A DNA stretch of 64,000 nucleotides, taken from the NCBI GenBank assembly GCA_049322215.1, contig JBMORU010000001.1:129697-193696 (forward strand), given 5' to 3'. This DNA comes from Patescibacteria group bacterium. Lineage in GTDB: Bacteria; Patescibacteriota; WWE3; UBA101185; UBA10185. Shown one piece after another: positions 56,606 to 64,000 of the stretch; positions within the stretch are counted from its first letter, which is position 1, and the number at the start of each line of letters is the position of its first letter. The notes beneath the pieces are model-generated. The model did no database searches. It was not told where the DNA came from and saw only the letters and a list, made by a program, of their open reading frames with translations. The position numbers and the translations under genes were made by a program.

Positions 56606-56989
56606 ATGCAAAAAGTAACCAGATCAATTTTATTGGTATCCGCTCTGCTGATCGCCACCGCGGGAATTACATTTGCTGCAACGGCACTCAGCTTGACCAA
56701 CGTTCGTAATGCTTCGCAACTAATCTGGAACAACCGGGAAGACCTGACCCAACAGATTGTAGAAGATGCCATCGAAACCATTGATTCTAACGCCGACAAC
56801 GTTGAATACGTGGTTAGCACCCATGACTACGGGTTTGGCGAAACAGTCCAGGAAGTTGAAGTAACCTTTGAGACCACAGGCACCTGGAAGTATAGCCGCT
56901 ATGCATACTACCTGAAAGGTTTTGGTATTTTCAACCTCAAGGTATACAACGGAAACGCCACGTTAAGCATCTTCATGAACGAACGTTAG
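56606..56989 (+). CDS. Secreted/membrane-anchored orphan cassette protein
   Basis: 127 aa, CATAAGGAG SD, N-terminal hydrophobic segment. Confidence 0.8.
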   Translation: MQKVTRSILLVSALLIATAGITFAATALSLTNVRNASQLIWNNREDLTQQIVEDAIETIDSNADNVEYVVSTHDYGFGETVQEVEVTFETTGTWKYSRYAYYLKGFGIFNLKVYNGNATLSIFMNER

Positions 56990-56996
56990 CCACATC

Positions 56997-57051
56997 GGAG
57001 GGTTTAGACTTGTTTAAAATCAAACTAACAAGCCTAACCCTCCCTTTTTTT
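56997..57051 (+). terminator. Long terminator
   Basis: GGAGGGTT.AG.CTTGTT...AACAAG.CTAACCCTCC + T-tract. Confidence 0.85.
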
Positions 57052-57146
57052 ATCTTAAACTTTTATATACATAAAAAAGGCATTGATTCCTAAAATTTTA
57101 TATAAAAATATACATAGTATTACTTAGTTAGCACGAGTGTTTATAG

Positions 57147-57191
57147 TTGCAATATATACCCTATAGTATTATAATGTAGTTAGAGTCAAAT
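57147..57191 (+). promoter_or_regulatory. Cassette promoter (copy 2 of 45-bp duplicate)
   Basis: TTGCAA 57147-57152, ATAC-CCTATA-GTAT, TATAAT 57170-57175. Confidence 0.9.
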
Positions 57192-57225
57192 TAACTCAGA
57201 AATCACAAATAAAATAGGAGACATC

Positions 57226-58041
57226 ATGTTAGTAACAAAAATTGTTGTACAGATCGTTTTGGTGATTGCAGCAGTATTAGCCTACAAAGGACGTTTGTTT
57301 TTGGAACGCCGCTTATGGGCAGAAGGATCTCGTTCGACCGGCGGTGGTGATTGGGGCGAACATCCTGCGAAAAAAGCTTCCTTTAACATTGCACGCCGCA
57401 TCCTCATTTTTGTGCCCTTTTTGGTAGCCATGATAAGCGTAGGAATGTGGTCACATCCCTATCTAACCGAAGAGAGCGAATTGAAATGGGAATTGGCTTA
57501 CTATAACGGCCATGGCCTGGATCTTACGGCACAGAAAGTTGAAGGTGACCCCTACCTGCTCTACGAAACATTCGGCGGTTTAGTAGAAAACAAATATGAT
57601 ACATTTTCAACGTTCCAGGATTTGTATTTGAGCCAATCAAACGTTATCATCTACGACAACCCGTTCGAAGTAGGCACACCAACGTTTGGCCCCAAAGATG
57701 CACGTGAAATTGACGCCAACATCAAAATGTATGGGAAGGCTAACTGGAAACGCATTGGTTTGCTCATCTGGTGGATAGAAAACAAAGCTGTAGTCAAGTT
57801 AGTGCGTGTGGATACAACTCAACATGAAGGTAATCAGTGGCCGACGGAAATTGTTAACACCACATTAAAAGAAACCGTGGTCGAAAACATTAACCGTGGT
57901 GATTCCTTCGTAGTCACGGTTTCGTTACCCGACGGTCGTGATCAGGACATTTTGTTTCATATGGGAGAGTTGCCGGACTTACATTTGTATACCCCAGCGT
58001 ACTCTCTGACCACGCCAACCTACACCGGAAACGATCGCTAA
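57226..58041 (+). CDS. 2-TM orphan cassette protein with soluble domain
   Basis: 271 aa, TAGGAG SD. Confidence 0.8.
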   Translation: MLVTKIVVQIVLVIAAVLAYKGRLFLERRLWAEGSRSTGGGDWGEHPAKKASFNIARRILIFVPFLVAMISVGMWSHPYLTEESELKWELAYYNGHGLDLTAQKVEGDPYLLYETFGGLVENKYDTFSTFQDLYLSQSNVIIYDNPFEVGTPTFGPKDAREIDANIKMYGKANWKRIGLLIWWIENKAVVKLVRVDTTQHEGNQWPTEIVNTTLKETVVENINRGDSFVVTVSLPDGRDQDILFHMGELPDLHLYTPAYSLTTPTYTGNDR

Positions 58042-58048
58042 CACATAA

Positions 58049-58103
58049 GCCCGCTTGTTTTGACTTTAACTTTGTTAACTTCAAAACAGCGGGCATTTTT
58101 TTT
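58049..58103 (+). terminator. Long terminator
   Basis: GCCCGCT.GTTTTGA...TCAAAACAGCGGGC + T8. Confidence 0.85.
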
Positions 58104-58126
58104 CTTTTGCATGATAAACTTTTATT

Positions 58127-59434
58127 ATGAGATTTCAGTATAAAGATACAGCCCAAGTTAAAGAAAACGAGATTATAGGTGAGGGTAAAAGAATTGCTGA
58201 ATATGTAAAACATCTAAATACTGTGGCCAACAGAAATAACTACCAAGACCCAGAAAGTTCAATAAATTTACCTTTTGATGAAAACATACTAAATGAAGTA
58301 CTAAATTTAAAAAAACAGCTAGTTTCTAACAAACTTAAGTATATTTTAAATATAGGTATTGGTGGATCAAATTTAGGCACAAAGGCAATTTATGATGCCA
58401 TATATGGCTACACAGATTTGTTAGAACCACAAAGATTTCCAAAAATAATATTTGCCGATACAACAGACGCTGATTATTTATCCCACATACAAAATTTTTT
58501 AAAAACGCAAATAAAATCCTCTGAAGAAATAATTGTAAACGCAATAAGTAAATCAGGGGGAACTACAGAAACAATAGCAAATTTAGAAATGCTCTTAGGC
58601 TTTATAGACAACTACAAAACCAGGCTGGTAATAACAACAGGGGAAAATTCTGAATTAATGGAAATAGCGCAAAACGAAAATATTGCTACATTATTCATTC
58701 CAAAAACTATTGGGGGTAGATACTCTGTTTTTTCTACTGTAGGTCTTTTTCCTTTAGCATGTGCAAATATTGATGTGTTAGGAGTTTTAGAAGGAGCTAT
58801 GCAAGCACGTGCAGAAGGACTAGAAGAAACCATACTAGAAAATCCAGCGTTAATTTCGGCAATTATAATTTATTTGCAATACAAAGATGGAAAAATAATT
58901 AATGACAATTTCTTTTTTCACCCTGAGTTAGAGTCTTTAGGAAAATGGTACAGACAGCTTATGGCAGAAAGCATAGGCAAAGAGCATGACCTAAATAAAA
59001 ATACTGTTTTTACAGGTATCACACCTACAGTATCTATTGGTTCTACAGATTTGCACTCTATGGGGCAGCTGTACTTAGGAGGTCCACGAAATAAACTATT
59101 TACACTTATACACGGCAGGCATGAAGATTCAAAACCTAAAATTCCAACAGAATTACCGTTGCCACTAACTGTAGTGGAATTAGAAGGCAAAAAAGCAAGC
59201 ACTATAATGGAAGCTATTTATGAAGGTGTCAAAATTGCATACAAAAAACAAGGATTGCCTTTCATGGAAGTACAGCTTAACAATATTGATGAAAATGCTT
59301 TGGGCTATTTTTTGCAGTTTAAAATGATAGAAATGATGTACCTAGGAAAGCTACTTAATGTGAATACGTTTGACCAACCAAATGTAGAGGATTACAAATT
59401 AGAAACAAGAAAAATCCTTCAGGAAGAAAACTAA
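58127..59434 (+). CDS. pgi: Glucose-6-phosphate isomerase
   Basis: GIGGSNLG, SKSGGTTET, IGGRYSV, QLMAESIGK, DLHSMGQ, FDQPNVE.YK. Confidence 0.92.
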   Translation: MRFQYKDTAQVKENEIIGEGKRIAEYVKHLNTVANRNNYQDPESSINLPFDENILNEVLNLKKQLVSNKLKYILNIGIGGSNLGTKAIYDAIYGYTDLLEPQRFPKIIFADTTDADYLSHIQNFLKTQIKSSEEIIVNAISKSGGTTETIANLEMLLGFIDNYKTRLVITTGENSELMEIAQNENIATLFIPKTIGGRYSVFSTVGLFPLACANIDVLGVLEGAMQARAEGLEETILENPALISAIIIYLQYKDGKIINDNFFFHPELESLGKWYRQLMAESIGKEHDLNKNTVFTGITPTVSIGSTDLHSMGQLYLGGPRNKLFTLIHGRHEDSKPKIPTELPLPLTVVELEGKKASTIMEAIYEGVKIAYKKQGLPFMEVQLNNIDENALGYFLQFKMIEMMYLGKLLNVNTFDQPNVEDYKLETRKILQEEN

Positions 59435-59444
59435 CACACATAGC

Positions 59445-59948
59445 TCATACCCCATCATTTTCTTTTAATAATTTCCTGACGGCATTTAGTAAAGATGCGT
59501 TTGACTTTATTTTTACCGACTTAATACCCACAAGTTCGCCACATAAAATGTCAGTGTCAGAGTCGCCAATTAAAAAGCTTTTCGTAATGTTTATGTTGTG
59601 TTCAAGTATAGCTTTAAAAAGCATGCCTGGGTTAGGCTTTCTGCAGTAGCATTTGTGTTCATGGTTATGTGGACAAATGTAATAGCTATCAATAACAATT
59701 CCATTTTCTGCTAAAACATTATCTAGACTTTTGTGAATATTATTTACAGTAGCGCTAGAAACCAAGTTTAATGCAATTCCCCGCTGATTAGTTATAACAA
59801 TTACTTTATAGCCCTTGGAATTTATTAATTTTATAGCATCTATAGTTGTAGGGAGTAGTTCAAATTCATTAAATGTTTTTACGTAATCATGTGGCTTGGG
59901 TTTTTTGTTTATAACGCCATCGCGATCTAAAAAAAATGCTTTATTCAT
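59445..59948 (-). CDS. gmhB: HAD-IIIA phosphatase (heptose-bisphosphate/histidinol phosphatase-like)
   Basis: FLDRDGVIN, ITNQ.G, CPH...CYCRKPNPGM, IGDS.TD. Confidence 0.8.
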   Translation of the reverse strand: MNKAFFLDRDGVINKKPKPHDYVKTFNEFELLPTTIDAIKLINSKGYKVIVITNQRGIALNLVSSATVNNIHKSLDNVLAENGIVIDSYYICPHNHEHKCYCRKPNPGMLFKAILEHNINITKSFLIGDSDTDILCGELVGIKSVKIKSNASLLNAVRKLLKENDGV

Positions 59949-60020
59949 ATTGAGCACAGAATATATTAAAAACATCTAAAAAACCATAACGCTCAAAAAA
60001 TGCTATTATGATATTAAATT

Positions 60021-60827
60021 ATGTACGTTCTATTTGATGTAGGTGGCACTAAAACAAGAATAGCTGTATCTAAAAACGGTGAGGGTTTTGGTGAACCTAA
60101 AATTTTTTCTACCCCTCAAAGTTTTGACGAGGGAATTTCTTTAATAATCGGCGCAGGAAAAGAACTGCTTAACGGTGAAAGAGCCACAGTAGTAGCCGGG
60201 GGCATTGCAGGCCCATTAAATTTAAAAAAAACCAAACTAGTTAACTCCCCTAATTTACCTGGATGGATACAGAAACCATTACACAAAGAGCTTTTTAAGG
60301 CTTTTGGGGCTCCTGTATTTTTAGAAAATGATACTGCTTTAGTGGGTTTGGGTGAAACACACTACGGAAAAGGACAAGGGCATAAAATAGTTGTTTACAT
60401 GACCTTTAGCACAGGTGTGGGCGGGGCACGCTACGTAAATGGCAAAATTGATGCAAATACATTTGGGTTTGAACCAGGACATCAGTACATTGAAGGAACA
60501 AAAAAAGACTTGGACGCATTAGTATCGGGTAAAGGTATTGAAAGTATTTATGGCGTCACGCCTGAAAATATAACAGATGCTAGGATTTGGGAAGAAATTA
60601 CTGAAAAAATGGCAATAGGTGTACACAATACTTTAGTAATGTGGTCTCCAGAAATAATAATTCTTGGTGGGGGCTTAATACAGCATGCGGTTAAAATTGA
60701 AAGCATAAAAGCAGGTTTAGACAAAATTCTTAAAATATTTCCAAATTCACCTAAGCTAGAAGGTTGTGTTTTGGGAAGCACAGGGGGTTTATTTGGAGCG
60801 TTAGTTTTTGCGAAACAAAACTTATGA
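60021..60827 (+). CDS. ROK family sugar kinase
   Basis: FDVGGTK, LENDT, STGVGG, EPGH, ILGGG. Confidence 0.88.
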   Translation: MYVLFDVGGTKTRIAVSKNGEGFGEPKIFSTPQSFDEGISLIIGAGKELLNGERATVVAGGIAGPLNLKKTKLVNSPNLPGWIQKPLHKELFKAFGAPVFLENDTALVGLGETHYGKGQGHKIVVYMTFSTGVGGARYVNGKIDANTFGFEPGHQYIEGTKKDLDALVSGKGIESIYGVTPENITDARIWEEITEKMAIGVHNTLVMWSPEIIILGGGLIQHAVKIESIKAGLDKILKIFPNSPKLEGCVLGSTGGLFGALVFAKQNL

Positions 60828-61468
60828 TAAATATTAATGAATTAAATTCAAGCAGCATAATAGATATTTCGCTGCCCATAGTTTCAGGAATGGCTAAATT
60901 TCCCCACAACCCGGAAGTTGAAATTGAAACACTTGAAACAGGGCACTCCCAGGTATCAAAAATTATAATGGGAACACATACTGGAACTCATATGGACGTT
61001 CCACGGCACCTTAGCAAATTGGGATTAAGTTTAGAACAAATACCTCTTGCCACGTTAATAGGATTATGCAGAGTAGTAGACTTTACAAGTTCTGAAAAAT
61101 ATATAAGCCTACAAGACGTAACAAGTAAAAAAATTCAACTAGGAGAACGAATTATTGCCAAAACTAAAAACTCCATAAGAGGCTACGATAAATTTTATGA
61201 AGACTATATATATTTACATGGAGATGCGGCTGCTTTTTTAGCAAATGTACATATAACCTTGTTTGGTATAGATTATTTATCCATAAACCAAAAAGGCAGT
61301 AAAGATAACAGACCCCATACAGAACTTTTAGGCAAAAACATACCAATTTTTGAGGGTTTAAACCTTAAAGATGTACCAGAAGGAAACTATACTTTTATAG
61401 GACTGCCCTTGAAACTAGTTGATATTGATGGTGCACCTAGTAGAGTTATACTTATAAAAAATGACTGA
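60824..61468 (+). CDS. Cyclase family (kynurenine formamidase-like) metallohydrolase
   Basis: HTGTHMDVP, GIDYLS, PLKLVDIDGAPSRV; ATGA overlap start. Confidence 0.88.
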   Translation: MININELNSSSIIDISLPIVSGMAKFPHNPEVEIETLETGHSQVSKIIMGTHTGTHMDVPRHLSKLGLSLEQIPLATLIGLCRVVDFTSSEKYISLQDVTSKKIQLGERIIAKTKNSIRGYDKFYEDYIYLHGDAAAFLANVHITLFGIDYLSINQKGSKDNRPHTELLGKNIPIFEGLNLKDVPEGNYTFIGLPLKLVDIDGAPSRVILIKND

Positions 61469-61838
61469 AAAATTTACAAAAAAAGTATTAATAGTTGAAG
61501 ACGATATTTTTTTAACTAATATTTATCGTCAACGTTTACAAGATGCTGGTTATATTGTAGAAGCAACACTAAACGGTGAAGAGTGCCTGGAAAGAATGAA
61601 ACTATTTAAACCAGACATAATACTACTCGACATAATAATGCCTAAAACCGATGGATTTGAAACATTAAAAGCAATAAAAGCTAACAAAGATCACAACACT
61701 ATACCAATAATAGTGGTTTCGAATCTTAGTGAGCGAGATGATATAGACAGAGCATATTCATTGGGAGCATCCGATTACATAATAAAAAGTGATGTACCAA
61801 TAGAGCACATAATACAACGTATACAAGAATTGTTTTAA
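61461..61838 (+). CDS. Single-domain response regulator
   Basis: VLIVEDD, LLDIIMP, GASDYIIK. Confidence 0.9.
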   Translation: MTEKFTKKVLIVEDDIFLTNIYRQRLQDAGYIVEATLNGEECLERMKLFKPDIILLDIIMPKTDGFETLKAIKANKDHNTIPIIVVSNLSERDDIDRAYSLGASDYIIKSDVPIEHIIQRIQELF

Positions 61839-61844
61839 ACAAAA

Positions 61845-63440
61845 ATGCAGCTTCTCAATAAAGCATCTCTAAGAATAAAAAAGATTAATATTAAAATGTT
61901 TGTAATAACATTTGGGTTATTATTAATTGGAGCCATTTTTAGACTCAACGATATTAACTTTGGTTTACCACACAGTTTATACGCAGATGAACCCGAAATT
62001 GCAGAATTTGCAATTAAGTATACTTATGAATTAAGAAATATAGTTGGCAACGACAAATACTACGAATTAATACCCGTTTCTTTTGTTTATGGAACCTTCC
62101 CTACCTATGTTTTTACTATAGTTACAATGTTTTATAGTAAATTTAGTAATTTGTTAAATATATCGTTTGATAAAGAAGATATATATGTCTTTTTAAGAAC
62201 AACTAATGCATTACTAACTCTAGCAGTAATTCCACTTACAGCTCTTTTATATAAAAGTGTATTCAAAAAGAGAATGGGAATATACATAAGTCTGTTTTTA
62301 GCAGCACTAAACTGGAAACTAATAGTACATGCACACTATCTTAATCAGGACATTATTTTGACGTTATGCTTATTGGGAGCTTATATAGCAATGGTTCATT
62401 ATAACAATAAGCAAAATGATACCTTATACACAGTAGTTGCAGGCTTACTTTTTGGGCTAGCCGTAGGAACAAAAGTGACAGCATTATTAACACTACCTGT
62501 GCTTTTATATTTGTATTTTGTAAAAAAAGACTTAAAGGGTGCAATAGCATTTGTTTGTTTAACTTACGGAGCTTTTATACTTACGAATCCTTTTTCTGTA
62601 GCATTCTTTGACGATTTTCTATTTAGAGTTTACACATTGAGTGTAAAGGAAAATGGTTTGGTATTTGACTCAGTAGATTCAGATGTTTTTAAATACGTCA
62701 GAGCTTTGTTTTTAATTACTACGCCACTTGTAGCACTGTTTAGTTTATTTGGAATAGCAAAAATTCTAAAAAGAGGTATAGCCAAAACAAATAGCACGCA
62801 TCTCTTTTTGCTACTACACATAGTTATATACCTGGTGTTTTATTCAACAGGAAGCCGAAGAGTTGACAGGTGGTTACTGCCCATTTTACCAATAATGTTT
62901 GTATACGCTGCCTATGGAATTTCTTATTCCTACAGCAAATTGAACAAACTTTGGGCGCTAATGCTTACCGTGCTTTTACTAGGAAGCTACCTATACTTTC
63001 CTATGTTACTGTTAGTGCAATTTCAAAGAAACACGCCAAAGTCTGCTTCATACATTTGGGCAAAAGATAATTTAGAACCAGGAGCAAATAAATATGCAGT
63101 TACAGAAGAAGGCTTGGATCCTTTAAATAAACTACAAAGCACTACTGTTTATCACTATAAGGTTTATAGCAACGAGGGCGCTAGTTTGTCGTATCCCCAA
63201 GATCCGCTCGGTTATCACTATATAATTATTTCATCCCGACCGATGACAAATTTTAAAAGACCTGAGGTAAAACAAGCCTATCCAAATTACGTTGGGCGCT
63301 GGGAAGAATTTGAGCAAATAATTACAGATCCAACAAAGTTTGAACTTATAAAAAGCTTCGAACTTCCTAAGCCAAACCTAGTACCACTATCTGATGTACT
63401 TATTTACAAAAACTTAAACCCAATAGAACCTATTATTTAG
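61845..63440 (+). CDS. GT-C glycosyltransferase (GT39/PMT-like)
   Basis: FGLP..YADEP, GLAVGTK, RWLLP; multi-TM. Confidence 0.8.
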   Translation: MQLLNKASLRIKKINIKMFVITFGLLLIGAIFRLNDINFGLPHSLYADEPEIAEFAIKYTYELRNIVGNDKYYELIPVSFVYGTFPTYVFTIVTMFYSKFSNLLNISFDKEDIYVFLRTTNALLTLAVIPLTALLYKSVFKKRMGIYISLFLAALNWKLIVHAHYLNQDIILTLCLLGAYIAMVHYNNKQNDTLYTVVAGLLFGLAVGTKVTALLTLPVLLYLYFVKKDLKGAIAFVCLTYGAFILTNPFSVAFFDDFLFRVYTLSVKENGLVFDSVDSDVFKYVRALFLITTPLVALFSLFGIAKILKRGIAKTNSTHLFLLLHIVIYLVFYSTGSRRVDRWLLPILPIMFVYAAYGISYSYSKLNKLWALMLTVLLLGSYLYFPMLLLVQFQRNTPKSASYIWAKDNLEPGANKYAVTEEGLDPLNKLQSTTVYHYKVYSNEGASLSYPQDPLGYHYIIISSRPMTNFKRPEVKQAYPNYVGRWEEFEQIITDPTKFELIKSFELPKPNLVPLSDVLIYKNLNPIEPII

Positions 63441-63457
63441 CTAAAGTTTAGTATTTA

Positions 63458-64000
63458 TTACAAGTAGTCTTTTAAGCGTTTGCTTCTTGATGGATGGCGC
63501 AATTTACGTAAGGCTTTTGCTTCTATTTGACGAATACGTTCTCTAGTAACACCAAACTCTTTTCCTACTTCTTCAAGTGTTCTAGAACGACCATCTTTTA
63601 AACCAAAACGCAATTCCAATACACGTCGCTCTCTAGGATTTAATGTTTCTAATACATCATCTAAATGACCTTTTAACAACTCATGGCTGGCCGAATCAAA
63701 TGGCGATAAGGTTATTTCATCTGGAATAAATTCTTTTAATCGGCTGTCTTCTTCTTTACCTACAGGAGTTTCAATCGAAGTTGTGTCTTGAGAAATTTTT
63801 TCTATTTCGTGAGCTTTGTCGGCATCAATTTCCATAACTTTTGCTACTTCTTCAGGTGTAGGAGGACGCTCAAGCTTTTGCTCAAGTTCACGAGCAATGC
63901 GCTTATATTTGTTAATGGTCTCAATCATATGTACAGGAATTCTTATAGTGCGCGCTTGGTCTGCAATTGCTCTTGTAATAGCCTGACGTATCCACCATGT
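63458..64000 (-). CDS. rpoD: RNA polymerase primary sigma factor (3' part; runs off the window)
   Basis: [55 protein letters not shown]. Confidence 0.95.
   Translation of the reverse strand, partial: TWWIRQAITRAIADQARTIRIPVHMIETINKYKRIARELEQKLERPPTPEEVAKVMEIDADKAHEIEKISQDTTSIETPVGKEEDSRLKEFIPDEITLSPFDSASHELLKGHLDDVLETLNPRERRVLELRFGLKDGRSRTLEEVGKEFGVTRERIRQIEAKALRKLRHPSRSKRLKDYL

Noticed and set aside
1186-58103. Classical integron cassette array (attC sites)
   Set aside because: Hairpins lack RYYYAAC...GTTRRRY ends, cassettes carry their own promoters, they are dispersed among core genes, and no intI is present in the window.
22864-60881. CCYATAG matches inside CDSs (e.g. about 22864, 44768, 46253, 47490, 60875)
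   Set aside because: No properly spaced -35/-10, SD and ORF follow; chance hits are expected for a 7-mer.
211-63070. Many short antisense or overlapping ORFs in the track (e.g. 6495-6740, 8179-8454, 27398-27715, 31237-31635)
   Set aside because: They overlap better-supported genes that have promoter, SD and terminator context, and lack such signals themselves.
1-64000. tRNA/rRNA genes or an alternative genetic code
   Set aside because: No cloverleaf or rRNA-like segments were recognised, and conserved genes are full-length under code 11 with TGA used as stop.

Overview
AT-rich bacterial chromosome segment, most likely Patescibacteria/CPR (inference from many GT-C glycosyltransferases, pilin-like N-termini, a giant LamG/FN3 surface protein, DUF368/DUF389/DUF456/DUF192, tal-pgi-ROK and a partial rpoD). 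The window holds two interleaved classes of gene. (1) Ordinary host genes, at least 19 of which start 5-8 nt after a TANNNT -10 hexamer with no Shine-Dalgarno (SD), i.e. leaderless. (2) About 30 self-contained modules of 1-3 small orphan ORFs built to one plan: a CC(C/T)ATAG box next to or inside a near-consensus sigma70 -35/-10 promoter, an A/C-rich leader, an AAGGAG-type SD, the ORF(s), and usually a long bulged hairpin terminator with a T-tract. I count 28 box-bearing promoters, 25 of them on the + strand. No integrase, transposase, phage structural gene, RNA gene or CRISPR array is visible. The dispersed, apparently co-regulated orphan-cassette system is the main candidate for novelty; whether it is a regulon, a mobile cassette system or both cannot be settled from this window.
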